Positions 17,565-27,880 of a stretch of DNA of 44,911 nt are shown here, in pieces. The notes below the pieces were generated by a model. The model worked only from the letters and a program-made list of their open reading frames with translations, did no database searches and was not told the origin of the DNA. Position 1 is the first letter of the stretch; every line of letters starts with the position of its first letter. The stretch comes from an uncultured archaeon (GTDB lineage Archaea; Aenigmatarchaeota; Aenigmatarchaeia; CG10238-14; SCSR01). The position numbers and the translations under genes are program-made. Location: NCBI GenBank assembly GCA_964444075.1, contig CAYUFF010000003.1:1-44911 (forward strand). The letters are read 5' to 3'.

Positions 17565-20500
17565 CTATACCACCCTCCACCCTTTCGATCTTTGAAGGAT
17601 CTAGTCCATCGCAACCAGCAGTAAACTGGATTATCTTTCCAGCGCTATCCCTCACCGTTCCGTCGTACTCTACCTTCAAATCTTGCAGAGCACCGACCAA
17701 CCTCCTCTCCATGTAGCCGGAATGTCTGGTTTTCAACGATTTGTCCATCAGGGATTCCCTGCTGTTCATCGCGTCGAAGAAGAATTCGAACGCGTTGAGA
17801 CCATCCTTAAACCCTCTCTTCACGAATCCCTTGCTCTCGATGGAGAGGTCTCCCACTTTGAAGTGTGGGAACGTCCTTCCGTAGTAACCTCTTTCTATCC
17901 TCTCCCCCATTATCGCCTCTTGACCTACGCACGCCGCAGTCTGTATTATGTTGACTATATCTCCTCTCGCACCGCTTCTCACCATCACCAGCGTGTCGTT
18001 TTCCTTCAAATGCTTGGTCAGCACCTCGTCTATCTCGCTCAACACCCTGTTCAACCTCCTCTTTATCATCGTCTCCAGAGTTTCTCTTGGGGTCCTTCCG
18101 ACCAGAACCTTCAGCTCACCCGCCTCAAACTTCCTGATGAGCTTGTCCACGTCTCTCTTCGCCGACTCAACGATCTCCTCTATCTCCCTCTTAGCCTTCG
18201 GTGGTAAGTCTTGGTCGGTGGGGCTTATAGAGAACCCTCTCATCATGAGGTATTCCAGAGCGAGCTTGGCTACCTTGAACAAAAACTCCTTCACGAACTC
18301 TTGCCCGTAGATAAGCTCCATCTTATCGATCATCTTGCCGCTCTCCGACGCGACGGCAACCTTATCCACGTAACCCTCGACCAACTTCCCATCCTTTATC
18401 ACAACTTTATCGCCGAGCTTCGTCTTAAATTCTACGCTGAAACCCTCTGGCAGGAAGAGGCTGAAAATTTCCCTACCGCTCATGGAGGACTTCTCAGGGA
18501 TTCTAACGTTCCTGTCTACGGCCCTGATTAGCTGAACGAACTCCCTCCTCGGTATTTTTTCCTCGTACTTCGTCAGCAGGTAGAGTCCGGTGACAAAGTC
18601 TTGTTTTATTCCTATGATCGGCCCCGAAAACCTTGGGCTCCTTATGTGCCTCGGGACCATCATCAACTCCACGGCCTCGGCCCTCGCCTCCTCGGTCTGG
18701 GGAATGTGGAGGTTCATCTCGTCTCCGTCAAAATCGGCGTTGTAGGGCGGACAGGTTGCGAGGTGCAGCCTCAAGGTTTTGAAGGGCATCACCCTGATCC
18801 TGTGGGCCATCACGCTCATCCTGTGCAGACTCGGCTGTCGGTTGAACAGCGCCACGTCTCCGTTGAGCAAATGCCTCTCGACGACCCATCCGTAGGCTAT
18901 TTCCCTCGCCACCTCTTCCTTGTTGGCTTCCGTGATCCTTTTCCTCCTGCCGTCAGGCCTAACTACGTAGTTAGCTCCTGGCCACGTATCAGGCCCGTTC
19001 AAAATCATCCTCCTCAACCTTTCCACGTTCCTCTCAGTCACCATCTCCGGTATCGTCAGCTCTCTCGCTATTTCTTCGGGGACGCCGACCTCGTCGATGT
19101 CTATCATGGAGTCGGGGCTCACCACCGACCTCGCCGAGAAGTTTACCCTCTTCCCAGCCAAGTTCCCCCTGAACCTCCCTTCCTTAGTCTTCAGCCTTTG
19201 GGAGAGTGTCTTGAGCGGCCTCCCAGACCTGTGTCTAGCAGGAGGAACTCCGCTGAGCTCGTTGTCGAAGTAAGTCGCGACGTGGTACTGCAGGAGCTCC
19301 CAAAGGTCTTGGATGATGAAATCCGGTGCTCCCAACTCAAGGTTCTCCCTTAACCTCTCGTTTATCCTTACGACGTCGACGAGCTTGTGGGTCAAGTCGT
19401 CTTCGCTCCTCTCGCCGGTCTCGAGCGTGATGCTGGGCCTCACGCTCACTGGCGGTACCGGGAGGAGGGTGATCACCAGCCACTCTGGTCTAAAGCCCTT
19501 GTAGCCAAGCAGCTCGAGGTCCTTCCCGTCCACCCTCTCCAACCTTTCCCTAACCTCTACCGGGGTCAATGGCGCGCTACCTTCGACGATCGTGTATGGC
19601 TTTATCAACTTTATCTTCTTTTGCTGCGCGCCGCAGTGTGGACACTTTTGTTTCACAACCTTCAAAACTTCCTTCAGCCTAAGCCTTTTCGCCTCTTTCA
19701 ACGTCTTTTCTGGTAAGAGAAGCCTTCCACATTTCCTGCAGAAAACTTTCAGCAAGTCTGTGATGAACTTGGAATAATGAACGTGGATAACGGGCTTTAC
19801 GAGTTCTATATAACCGAAATGCCCTTGACATTCTCCTATCCTACCACCGCAGGTTCTGCACCTTATCCCAGGGTCTATCACACCGAGCCTTGGGTCCATC
19901 AACCCTCCTTCGAGAGGATACCCCTCCTGGTCGTAGAGTTCCGTTCTTTTAATCTTCGCGGTGCTCATCTTCTTGACCATCTCTGGGCTGAGTATGCTGA
20001 ACTCTATCCTCTCGATGCCGCTACCGTCTTCCTTGATAACGACCTTGGGATAGATCATCATCGACATCAACTCTTGGAGGAGTAGCTTGAAGGCGTATGC
20101 CATTTCCACGTAGACTATCTTGCTCTCCCCGCAAACCTGGCAGTATTTCCTTCCCCTCACCCTATCCTCTATAGCTATCAGGCCGCATTGAGTACAGAAA
20201 GGAATCATAGCCTTGTCGGAATCGAACCTTTCCTTGAGGGCAAGCACGGAACCGTGAGCTATCAGGCAATCCTTCTCCATCTCACCAAACCTAAGACCAC
20301 CCTCTTTACTCCTTCCCTCGGTGGGCTGCTTCGTTAGCAGAGTTACTGGCCCTCTCGACCTTGCGTGAATCTTGTTTGAAACCAGATGGTCAAGCTTTTG
20401 GTAGTAGCAGCAGCCTATGAAGATTTTGACCTTGAACCTCTCTCCAGTCTTTCCGTTGTACATCGTTTCCACTCCGCTGTACTCGAAGCCCAACTCTTCG

Positions 20501-21819
20501 AGCCATTTCCTCAAATCTTCCTCGGAAGTCGGGCTGAACGCTGGGGACTTGATTATCTCTCCTTTTAGGGCACCGACCTTTCCTGCCAACAACTCCAAAA
20601 GCGTTCCGACGGTTTGCCTAGAGGGTATACCATGGGGGTTGAAAATCAGGTCTGGAACTATTCCGCTTTCCGTGAAAGGCATATCTTCCTGTGGAACTAT
20701 CAAGCCGATCACGCCCTTCTGTCCGTGACGAGTCGCGAACTTATCGCCTATCTCCGGGATTTTCAAGTCCCTTACCTTGACCTTCACGAGCTTCGTTCCG
20801 TTCAGCGTCTCGGTGATGTAAACCTTGTCGGCGATTCCCCTATCCCTGTGCCTAAGCCTCACGGAAGTTTCCCTGATGTTCTCGATGCCGGCGATGAACC
20901 TGTCCATCGTTCCTAGAAACCTCAGCGGGGAAGTCCTCCCTATCACCACCCCCCCAGACTCTATCTCCGTTTCTGGGTTCACTATCCCGTCCTCTGGTAG
21001 GTGTTTGTAAGCATCCTCGCCGGCATAGCCCCTGACTCCTGGTTGCGGTATCCCTATGATATCTTCCTGCCCACCCATGTACCTCTTCTCCTCGGCCTCG
21101 TAAGTCCTGAACATGTAACTCCAGAAAAGTCCTCGCTGAATAGAGCTCGCGTTCACAACTATAGCATCTTCCATGTTGTAACCATCGTAGCAAGCGACGG
21201 CGACGACGACGTTACAACCGCCAGCGTGCTTGTCAAAGGGAATGGCATCGTAGGTGTAAGTTTGGACGAGCGGAACTTGGGGATAGATTAGAATGTTGGA
21301 CTTGGTATCCACCCTGTTCGGGTGGCTCAGCAGGAACATTCCTATGGCTTGCCCTATCATCTTCGCTCCGAAGTTAATCCTATCGCCCCTGTTGAACTCC
21401 GGATAAGGTATGAGGGAGCCAGAAAAACCGAATATTAGCGAAGGGTCTAACTCCAGGTGGGTGTGCTCGGGAGTGAGTTCATCCGGAGTTAAAGCGATGT
21501 AAGCGTTCTCTTCCTCTTCGGCGTCGAGGTACTCTATGATGCCCATCTTTATCAAATCGCTGAACTTCAGCTCACCCTTCTTCAGCTTTTCGATATGTTC
21601 TTGAGTGAGCTTCGGCTTTCCGTCCTCGACGACTATCAGGGGCCTCCTGACCCTACCTCCGTCCGTAGAGATTGAGACGGCATCCAAACGCTCATGATAA
21701 GCAACGTTTATCAGGTTGGAAACCTCCCCTCTCCTCCTCGCCTCCCTAATCTTCCTCACAAGCTCTTTTGGTCTATCGGTCCTTCCTACGTACATCCCGT
21801 CGAGGAAGACATCAGCCAC
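17530..21819 (-). CDS. rpoB1-rpoA1: Fused RNA polymerase subunits B' (Rpo2C) and A' (Rpo1N)
   Basis: N-terminal part has GDKFATRHGQKG, GGLRFGEME and a Zn ribbon; after the EDGSG linker come IEFSILSPE, CRTC..GHFG, GKRVNFSAR, the catalytic NADFDGD and SGYMERR. Confidence 0.95.
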   Translation of the reverse strand: MADVFLDGMYVGRTDRPKELVRKIREARRRGEVSNLINVAYHERLDAVSISTDGGRVRRPLIVVEDGKPKLTQEHIEKLKKGELKFSDLIKMGIIEYLDAEEEENAYIALTPDELTPEHTHLELDPSLIFGFSGSLIPYPEFNRGDRINFGAKMIGQAIGMFLLSHPNRVDTKSNILIYPQVPLVQTYTYDAIPFDKHAGGCNVVVAVACYDGYNMEDAIVVNASSIQRGLFWSYMFRTYEAEEKRYMGGQEDIIGIPQPGVRGYAGEDAYKHLPEDGIVNPETEIESGGVVIGRTSPLRFLGTMDRFIAGIENIRETSVRLRHRDRGIADKVYITETLNGTKLVKVKVRDLKIPEIGDKFATRHGQKGVIGLIVPQEDMPFTESGIVPDLIFNPHGIPSRQTVGTLLELLAGKVGALKGEIIKSPAFSPTSEEDLRKWLEELGFEYSGVETMYNGKTGERFKVKIFIGCCYYQKLDHLVSNKIHARSRGPVTLLTKQPTEGRSKEGGLRFGEMEKDCLIAHGSVLALKERFDSDKAMIPFCTQCGLIAIEDRVRGRKYCQVCGESKIVYVEMAYAFKLLLQELMSMMIYPKVVIKEDGSGIERIEFSILSPEMVKKMSTAKIKRTELYDQEGYPLEGGLMDPRLGVIDPGIRCRTCGGRIGECQGHFGYIELVKPVIHVHYSKFITDLLKVFCRKCGRLLLPEKTLKEAKRLRLKEVLKVVKQKCPHCGAQQKKIKLIKPYTIVEGSAPLTPVEVRERLERVDGKDLELLGYKGFRPEWLVITLLPVPPVSVRPSITLETGERSEDDLTHKLVDVVRINERLRENLELGAPDFIIQDLWELLQYHVATYFDNELSGVPPARHRSGRPLKTLSQRLKTKEGRFRGNLAGKRVNFSARSVVSPDSMIDIDEVGVPEEIARELTIPEMVTERNVERLRRMILNGPDTWPGANYVVRPDGRRKRITEANKEEVAREIAYGWVVERHLLNGDVALFNRQPSLHRMSVMAHRIRVMPFKTLRLHLATCPPYNADFDGDEMNLHIPQTEEARAEAVELMMVPRHIRSPRFSGPIIGIKQDFVTGLYLLTKYEEKIPRREFVQLIRAVDRNVRIPEKSSMSGREIFSLFLPEGFSVEFKTKLGDKVVIKDGKLVEGYVDKVAVASESGKMIDKMELIYGQEFVKEFLFKVAKLALEYLMMRGFSISPTDQDLPPKAKREIEEIVESAKRDVDKLIRKFEAGELKVLVGRTPRETLETMIKRRLNRVLSEIDEVLTKHLKENDTLVMVRSGARGDIVNIIQTAACVGQEAIMGERIERGYYGRTFPHFKVGDLSIESKGFVKRGFKDGLNAFEFFFDAMNSRESLMDKSLKTRHSGYMERRLVGALQDLKVEYDGTVRDSAGKIIQFTAGCDGLDPSKIERVEGGIDVERIATQLFG

Positions 21820-23314
21820 TCATCTCACCCTCTACTATCTTCATCAGCGGCTTCAAATCCTTTTCGTCCACTTCCTGGGTAACCTGAGACATCAAGCCAA
21901 GGTATTTTCTCAACCCTATCGTGGCTCCTTCTGGCGTTTCGGAACAGCAAAGCCTCCCGAAATGTGTGGGGTGTAACTCTCTCGCCTCGAAGTGCTCCTG
22001 CGTGGAGGTCAACGGAGAGTAGATGAGCCTCATGTGGGAGATCGTCTTAACGTAGCTGCTCCTCTCCAAGCGCTGCGAAACTCCCGTCCTACCTCCTGCC
22101 CAGCTTCCTATTGCTAAGGCAGAAACGAGTTGATTTGTAAGCACGTTCGCCTCGACGACCGCTTGCAACGGTGGTAGCTTTCCCCTCCTCGTGAGCTTCC
22201 TGTAATTGTAGTTTATCCTCGGTACCAACCCGTACCTTCCCAGCAAAATCGCCCTCAGCTGAATCTCCAACAAATCTCCGGCCAACCTCAACCTTTTGTT
22301 CATGTAGTGGTCGAGGTCGTCCTCATCTATCTCTCCTACGTGCAACCTCAACAGCTTTTCTACAGCCTTCGCCAAGAATGTCGCCTTCTTCATCCTATCC
22401 TTCGGTTGCTGACCGAGGTGTGGTAGGAGATACTTGTCGATCAACCTCGTGGCCCTTTCTATCCTCTTCTCCTTTGGCAGAGCCTTGAGGTATTCCCTCG
22501 CGATGGCGTCGAGAGCTTCCTTCACGTTGGTCGCATCGCACTCTACGAGGTTGACGTAGAATTCGTCCTGAATCCTAGGGTCGAGGGAAATGGCCGTCAT
22601 CACGTCCTTATCGCTCTCGAGGCCCAGGGCTTTCAGCACCGTTGCCACCGGAACCCTCAGCACGTTGGCGAAGGAAACCGTTATGATTCCGTTTTTCTTC
22701 CTTTCGAGCAGGTGCTTCTGCAGGTAGCCGTCCCTTTCGGAGTGTATTCTCGCGATTTCTGTGACGTTCCCTCCGTTCACCCTCCTCACCAAAACCCTGT
22801 TCGGAACGATCTCTTCCACCATCACCAGTATCCTTTCGGTCCCGTTGATTATGAAGTACCCACCAGGGTCGTCTGGGTCCTCACCGGCGTTTATTAGCTC
22901 GTTCCTGTCCATCTTGGATAGCGGGCAAATCTTAGATTTCACCATCACCGGAAGTTCCCCGAAGTTCACCCACTGAGGGTCACCCTCAATCCCGTTGATT
23001 ATGGGCGTGACCTCGATCCACATAGGAGCTGAATAAGTTAAATTCCTTACCCTCGCCTCGTAAGGCAGGATGGGCCTTTCGGAGCCGTCAACCTCCATAA
23101 CCCAAGGACCCCAGTCTTCCTTACCTACCCTGAATTCCCCGAGCTTTAGCTTCAGCTCCCCAACTTCCGGAACGCTCGGCTCTATGGTTCCTATGCTCTT
23201 GAATATCCTCGGTATCTTTTTTTCGACGAACTCGTTGTAAGAGTCTATCTGGTGCTTTACCAGACTGTTTTCTTTCAGGTAGGCGTTGAGCAAAACTGCA
23301 AAATTTTCGTTCAC
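21812..23314 (-). CDS. rpoB2: RNA polymerase subunit B'' (Rpo2N)
   Basis: [49 protein letters not shown]. Confidence 0.97.
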   Translation of the reverse strand: MNENFAVLLNAYLKENSLVKHQIDSYNEFVEKKIPRIFKSIGTIEPSVPEVGELKLKLGEFRVGKEDWGPWVMEVDGSERPILPYEARVRNLTYSAPMWIEVTPIINGIEGDPQWVNFGELPVMVKSKICPLSKMDRNELINAGEDPDDPGGYFIINGTERILVMVEEIVPNRVLVRRVNGGNVTEIARIHSERDGYLQKHLLERKKNGIITVSFANVLRVPVATVLKALGLESDKDVMTAISLDPRIQDEFYVNLVECDATNVKEALDAIAREYLKALPKEKRIERATRLIDKYLLPHLGQQPKDRMKKATFLAKAVEKLLRLHVGEIDEDDLDHYMNKRLRLAGDLLEIQLRAILLGRYGLVPRINYNYRKLTRRGKLPPLQAVVEANVLTNQLVSALAIGSWAGGRTGVSQRLERSSYVKTISHMRLIYSPLTSTQEHFEARELHPTHFGRLCCSETPEGATIGLRKYLGLMSQVTQEVDEKDLKPLMKIVEGEMSG

Positions 23315-23550
23315 CCTTTCACCACAACCCTATAATACACGTTCTCCCCGGCCGTAGGACTCTTCCTGATTATCTTCACGACGTCCCCCGGCTTTGCTCC
23401 CAACAACTTCGCGACCGGGTCTGACGCGAGCATCCTCGGGAGTTGTTTTAGCGTGGCGCGGTATTCTTTCAAAACTTCTTTCCTCTCTTCCTCGCTGAGT
23501 AAGACGTGCTTCGGGACTAACTCGTGTTCCAAGATGTTAAACTCCTTCAA
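23311..23550 (-). CDS. rpoH: RNA polymerase subunit H (Rpo5)
   Basis: [33 protein letters not shown]. Confidence 0.97.
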   Translation of the reverse strand: MKEFNILEHELVPKHVLLSEEERKEVLKEYRATLKQLPRMLASDPVAKLLGAKPGDVVKIIRKSPTAGENVYYRVVVKG

Positions 23551-23585
23551 AAACCCACCCTTGAAACTATTACCTTTCCGTCAAA

Positions 23586-23600
23586 CAATATAAAGTTTAC
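23586..23600 (-). promoter_or_regulatory. Putative BRE/TATA promoter of the rpo operon
   Basis: Minus strand GTAAACTTTATATTG about 40 bp upstream of rpoH. Confidence 0.5.
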
Positions 23601-23697
23601 GCTTTTAAATCTTTAATGCTTCTCTTCGCGGCGAACGGCCCCCAGAGCGCTACGCTTACGTAACGCATTTAAACTTTGACGCACAAAAAGTTATCCT

Positions 23698-24222
23698 ATG
23701 GGAGAGGGACCGGGATTCATTCTGGATTGTGTTCGTTACGGAAACACTCCCATGTTTGATTTGATGAGGGACGATACGCTCGAGCGCTACTATCACGTGA
23801 AATGTAAGGAATGCGGTAACACTTTGGTTACCGAGCTTACAGGTAGGGAGGTTTCCAAAGGTGGGAAAATCCTTTATTGCGAGAGGGACGGTAAACCCAC
23901 GTACCATGAAATCGAAAAACCGGTCTTGTGGCACCGCAACCCCTACGAGGGGACGATAAAGGTTTACAGGGGTAGTGAAATGGTAGAGGAATTTAACAAC
24001 CTCAAGGAATTGCTCGACTGGCTTGGAGGGATAGATGAGCCCATATTCGTCCTCAACGGTCTCCCCGAAATACTGGGAGAAGGTAGGCGAGAGGTTCTAG
24101 CGTTCCGAAACGCGGAAGAATACAGACGGTGGCACGTCGCGAACAAAGAAAGGTTTTTGAGGAAAGAGGAAGAGTTAGAGAAAAGGTACGGACGTTGGTT
24201 CATCCTCGACGACTCCGTTTAA
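23698..24222 (+). CDS. Hypothetical protein with possible Zn ribbon
   Basis: CKECG...YCERDGKPTYH; composition resembles other genes in the window. Confidence 0.65.
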   Translation: MGEGPGFILDCVRYGNTPMFDLMRDDTLERYYHVKCKECGNTLVTELTGREVSKGGKILYCERDGKPTYHEIEKPVLWHRNPYEGTIKVYRGSEMVEEFNNLKELLDWLGGIDEPIFVLNGLPEILGEGRREVLAFRNAEEYRRWHVANKERFLRKEEELEKRYGRWFILDDSV

Positions 24223-24234
24223 GGGAAGAATTGT

Positions 24235-25962
24235 TCACTTCTTCCTTTTCTGAAGGTCGTAGAGGTACCTTATCCTGTCGATCGTGTCCGCTTCGTCCGG
24301 AGACTTGTCCGGCCTCAAGGCTATGAACCGCGGAAACCTCAAGGCGAACCCAGAGGGATAGTTGGGGGATTTTTGGATCTCTTGATAGTCTACTGAAACG
24401 ACAACCTTAGGCCTGATCCTCACCTCGGTTCCCTTCTCGAACTCGATCAAGGGTTTTAGCATCTGGGTTAGTTCCTCGAAGGTAACGTCCTCGGGCCTTG
24501 TTTTCTTTTCCTTTATCCCCGTTCCCATCATCCCGCATTCCAGAAACTTTCCAGTATCCGGGTCCCTGCATCCGAGGATGAACGAGCTCAGCCAGCCTGC
24601 CCTTTTACCTGTACCCCACGTAGCACCTATGATCACGAGGTCCAAGGTTTCTAGGGTAGGCTTGATTTTGTACATATGCCCCACATGCCTGCCAAAAACG
24701 TAGGGAGAGTTGAGGTTCTTCATCATTATTCCCTCCTGCCCGAGACTCAACGAGTATTGATAAAACTCTTCCGCTTTTTTAACGTCGTCGGTTACGAGTT
24801 GCTCTGCTAAGCAGAAGCTCCCGGGAACCTCGTTGACGATCGACTTCAGGATTTCCCACCTTTCTTTCAAAGGTTTGTCGAAGAGCATCTCCCCGTTGAG
24901 ATAAACGATGTCGAAAAGGTTCATCTGGATGGGAATTTTCCTCATCATTTCTTCGATGTTGTACTTTCTGTGGATTCGCTCCGACAACCTTTGGAAAGGC
25001 AGCGGCTTCCTCGTAACTGGGTCTATAGCCCATACCTCGCCCTCGACGATGCACTCCTCGGCCCTCAAGTTTTGCCTGCAAAGTTCCACCAAGTCTGGAA
25101 ACTGCTCAGTGACGTTCTCTAGCCTCCTAGTAAACACCCACACCCTATCTCCCTTCTTGTGGACCTGGCTCCTCATTCCGTCGTACTTGATTTGGATTGC
25201 ACACTTCCCGAATTCCTTGATGACCTGCTCTATGGACTCTGCCTTTTCAGCGAGCATGACTTGGATGGGCCTACCGAGCTCTACCTTAACGTTTTTCAAA
25301 CCTTCGGCACCTTCTTTCTTCGCAACCTCGGCGATTTCTCCGAAGTCGCCGCGGAGGTTCCAAGCGTAATCGACGAGCTCCGTCAACCTTTCTCTCTCAG
25401 ATTTGCTAACTCCGTCCTTTACCAAGAACGCGTCTACTATCGCATCCCTCAGTATACCTTCGGCGACGCCAACCCTAAGCTCCCCGAGGACCGTCCTTAC
25501 CAAGTACCTGGCCTCTTTGGGTTCTGCAGATGCTAATAACTCCGCAATAAGATTCAGCTTCCTTTCCTGCGAACCCTCGCCGGTTTCCAAGGGAATTTTC
25601 TTGAGGTTATCGAAGACGAACTCGACAGTGAGCTGTTTCCTGAACAGGGTCATTTGCTTCCTTTTCTTGAGGAGTTTTTCCGCCGTCAACCCGAGGTCCC
25701 CAGTTTCAGCGAAGACCCTTTCGACTTCTTTCGTAGAAACTCCGGCGACCTTCGCTATAACCCTTATCATCAGCTGCGTCGCCACTCCGAGTTCGAGCAT
25801 CGTGTACTTCGGATAAACGAGGCCCTCGGAGAGCAACACGACCTTCCTCAACAACTCCTCCGGAACTTTTTTCAGGAACGATGCAAGGATGGCGGTTTTT
25901 CCTAGCTTGGAGGGTTCTCTCTCTAGTCTTTCGTAAAGCTCCGCGATTTCCCTGTACAGCAA
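24235..25962 (-). CDS. lig: ATP-dependent DNA ligase
   Basis: KYDG adenylation motif, VEGE, LFDI, EGIMMK, TLDLVIIG, LRFPRF. Confidence 0.97.
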   Translation of the reverse strand: MLYREIAELYERLEREPSKLGKTAILASFLKKVPEELLRKVVLLSEGLVYPKYTMLELGVATQLMIRVIAKVAGVSTKEVERVFAETGDLGLTAEKLLKKRKQMTLFRKQLTVEFVFDNLKKIPLETGEGSQERKLNLIAELLASAEPKEARYLVRTVLGELRVGVAEGILRDAIVDAFLVKDGVSKSERERLTELVDYAWNLRGDFGEIAEVAKKEGAEGLKNVKVELGRPIQVMLAEKAESIEQVIKEFGKCAIQIKYDGMRSQVHKKGDRVWVFTRRLENVTEQFPDLVELCRQNLRAEECIVEGEVWAIDPVTRKPLPFQRLSERIHRKYNIEEMMRKIPIQMNLFDIVYLNGEMLFDKPLKERWEILKSIVNEVPGSFCLAEQLVTDDVKKAEEFYQYSLSLGQEGIMMKNLNSPYVFGRHVGHMYKIKPTLETLDLVIIGATWGTGKRAGWLSSFILGCRDPDTGKFLECGMMGTGIKEKKTRPEDVTFEELTQMLKPLIEFEKGTEVRIRPKVVVSVDYQEIQKSPNYPSGFALRFPRFIALRPDKSPDEADTIDRIRYLYDLQKRKK

Positions 25963-26007
25963 CCTTTCACCGATAGGAATTTGAATTTTACTCTAAAATT
26001 TTTTCGC

Positions 26008-27087
26008 ATGAAGTTTTTCGGAGAGAGGGGAGCAGTGAGCGAACTCGGGAATCTGGAAAAAGTTCTGATCCCCCATCCGAGGAGCAGTTGGGTAGAAGAA
26101 ATAAGGTTAATCCGTTTCGCGAAGTGGGGAACGAGGAGCGAGAAAGTCCTGAAAAGGAAGGAGAAAAATTTCGGAGTGCTCTACCCTTTGATAGAGGATT
26201 TCACCGAGCTTCTAAAGGAAGAAGGTGTGAAGTACAAGCTATTATGGTTCTATCCCTCGCTGTCCGAGATGGGCGAAAAAGAACTTCTCTACGACGAAGA
26301 AGACGTTACCGCCCTTTCTTGCAACGGGGGGCCGTTTTCAGTTTTTTTGAGGGATTTGGGAATATTTTCCTCGAAGGATTATTTCGCGACGAAGTTCGAA
26401 GGGTGGAGAAAGGAAGTATACGGTAACCTTGCTAAGGAACTTTCGAAACTCGTGGGAAAGGAAATAGGGAAAGAAAAAATTAAAGAAGGTGCGCCAGAAG
26501 GCGGTGGTGTGGTTTCGGACGGGAACGTTACCATAATTTCGGTGATTTACGAGGATGAATTCCTGAAAGTCGTGAAAGAGTTGGAGGAAGAATTCGGCAA
26601 CAAACTGATAGCCGCACCGTCGATGAACATGCACGTAGACGCCGTACTGAACTTTCCAGAAAGGGGAACAGTCGTTTACTCTCACTCTTCGGTAAAGTAC
26701 GTGAAGAAGAACGTGTCACAGACAGAAAGGGTTAACCTTTCCCTGAGCGTCCCCAAAGTTATCTCTGAGTTTTTGGAAAAGGAGTTGGGGTATAGGAGGG
26801 TAGTGGTAGACGACGATGAAGTAACGCCAGTGGATAGTAATTTTCTCGTGCTGAAAAGCGGGAAGGTAATGACACTCGACAGGAAAGGGAGGTTTTCGAA
26901 AAGGTTGGAGAGAGAAGGTATAGACGTGCTGAACCTCTACGACGAGAAGCTAGAAAAAGTTTACAGATGGCTTCTCGCAAGGGAAGGAGGTATGAGATGC
27001 CTTTGCCTTCCTGTGAAGAGAAGGTATGTTAAAACGAAGGAGGATTATCCGGAGGAAAGTTGTATGCGGAAGAAGTTTACACTCTGA
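26008..27087 (+). CDS. Amidinotransferase/arginine deiminase (pentein) superfamily protein
   Basis: VSELGNLEKVLI, FLRD, EGG, MHVD, GGMRC catalytic motifs; start uncertain (25981/26008). Confidence 0.8.
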   Translation: MKFFGERGAVSELGNLEKVLIPHPRSSWVEEIRLIRFAKWGTRSEKVLKRKEKNFGVLYPLIEDFTELLKEEGVKYKLLWFYPSLSEMGEKELLYDEEDVTALSCNGGPFSVFLRDLGIFSSKDYFATKFEGWRKEVYGNLAKELSKLVGKEIGKEKIKEGAPEGGGVVSDGNVTIISVIYEDEFLKVVKELEEEFGNKLIAAPSMNMHVDAVLNFPERGTVVYSHSSVKYVKKNVSQTERVNLSLSVPKVISEFLEKELGYRRVVVDDDEVTPVDSNFLVLKSGKVMTLDRKGRFSKRLEREGIDVLNLYDEKLEKVYRWLLAREGGMRCLCLPVKRRYVKTKEDYPEESCMRKKFTL

Positions 27088-27432
27088 GTTTATACTTTTT
27101 CTCTAAAATTTTCGATATTTCCCTTATCACAAATCTTGCTTTCTTCAGAGCGTCTCCGGCGATTTCTTTGGTATATTCCTTAAAAGGATCCTAGATGTAT
27201 CCTTTTCCAACGAAAGGGTAACGCGGTTTTACCCAATGTCTTTCCAAATCTCTAATTTTTCTTTTTGGAAAACTTTCTCGAACCACTTGGCAATTCTGTG
27301 CTTTTCGATAAAAGCGTTCTCTACCGCTAACAACGCCTTCGCTGCTTTTTCCGCAGCTTGCTGAGCATGATAGGCAGCGTCGGCATATTGGTTTGCTCTT
27401 AATAAGATTTGTGAGGAGCGTAAGTCTTCCCC
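27077..27432 (-). pseudogene. HEPN domain pseudogene (5'-truncated, frameshift, internal TAG)
   Basis: GEDLRSSQILLRANQYADAAYHAQQAAEKAAKALL..KH, then after a frameshift RDLERHWVKPRYPFVGKGYI*DPFKEYTKEIAGDALKKARFV. Confidence 0.8.
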
Positions 27433-27439
27433 GCTCTTC

Positions 27440-27762
27440 TCATCTCTTGGTGACGATTGGGTATCTTGTTCTTGGAAACTCCAATTCGAATTCCCTTACC
27501 ATCTCCACGATCTTCTTCAAGCTTTCCAATTCTTCTTTTCTTACAGCCACTACTAGTAAAGGTGGGACTTCATGTGTCCTCAACACACGAAACCCCTTTG
27601 CATACAGTAAAACTTTAATAATTTTTTCAACAGCCTGTTGACAATGGAAGATTACTCTCCCATACTTCTTCTCTCTCATTAAAATTTCAGCAACCTCAAG
27701 GTCGCTAAAGCTTCTATCATAAAAGCTCTTGCAAACCTTAAACTTTTACTCTTACGCACCAT
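27440..27762 (-). pseudogene. HEPN domain pseudogene (frameshift near 27710, 3'-truncated)
   Basis: MVRKSKSLRFARAFMIEA / SDLEVAEILMREKKYGRVIFHCQQAVEKIIKVLL..RTHEV..RTRYP, then stops early. Confidence 0.8.
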
Positions 27763-27880
27763 GGCTTTCTCCTCACTTCTATACGCTTCTTAACGTTCTC
27801 CATTAGAGGAAGATGTTTTCAAAACCATAAAGAATTACTCCGTGCAATAACGCGTGGAAAACGAGTTTCGGAAATTGGCG
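27738..27880 (-). pseudogene. Possible C-terminal remnant of a minimal nucleotidyltransferase (MNT)
   Basis: LVFHALLHGVILYG resembles the MNT C-terminal 'aL.eG.vLy' segment and lies directly upstream of the HEPN start. Confidence 0.4.

Noticed and set aside
15300-22976. Numerous antisense ORFs over the rpo genes (and similarly over lig, thrS and alaS)
   Set aside because: Shadow ORFs opposite well-supported genes, with no protein motifs.
27190-27196. TAG recoding (pyrrolysine or code change)
   Set aside because: The TAG lies in a gene that is also frameshifted and truncated, and TAG terminates normal genes such as ftsZ and rpl32e.
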